NCBI RefSeq assembly: GCF_009914755.1
Contig: NC_060946.1
Length of the DNA stretch: 64,000 nt
Reading direction: 5' to 3' (one strand)
Origin: the human T2T-CHM13v2.0 reference genome, Homo sapiens
The stretch's first letter is position 1. The number at the start of each line of letters is the position of its first letter. The notes under the pieces were generated by a model. The model was not told the origin of the DNA. It was given only the letters and a program-made list of their open reading frames with translations, and did not search any database. Positions 63,340-64,000 of this stretch are shown here, in pieces. Position numbers and translations under genes: made by a program.

Positions 63340-64000
<661 letters not shown>

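Overview
Mammalian genomic DNA, almost certainly human chr22q12. The protein matches human myoglobin as I recall it, including Cys110 and Gln116. The only protein-coding gene I can support is myoglobin (MB) on the minus strand: three coding exons (54226-54132, 48075-47853, 44411-44265) give 95+223+147 = 465 nt, i.e. 154 aa plus TAG. Both introns are GT-AG, there is an AATAAA at 43755-43750, and the classical muscle promoter is present (TATA, A/T-MEF2 element, CCAC box). The first ~43 kb is repeat-rich non-coding DNA downstream of MB, with many of the window's ~30 Alus plus MIR/L2/L1 fragments, MaLR and ERV1 LTRs and long simple repeats. Almost all other ORFs in the track are repeat artefacts. 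I see no convincing new multi-gene system. The most interesting structure is around the MB 5' end: a MIR-derived upstream exon with a GT donor created by one substitution and a uORF, a TATA box that doubles as a splice donor, a co-oriented ERV1 solo LTR, and an old tandem duplication. Also notable are the 4x33-bp intron-1 minisatellite, a pair of ERR elements in intron 1, a cryptic inverted repeat around a long purine tract, and several small rearrangement scars. Repeat family names and boundaries were assigned by eye and are approximate.
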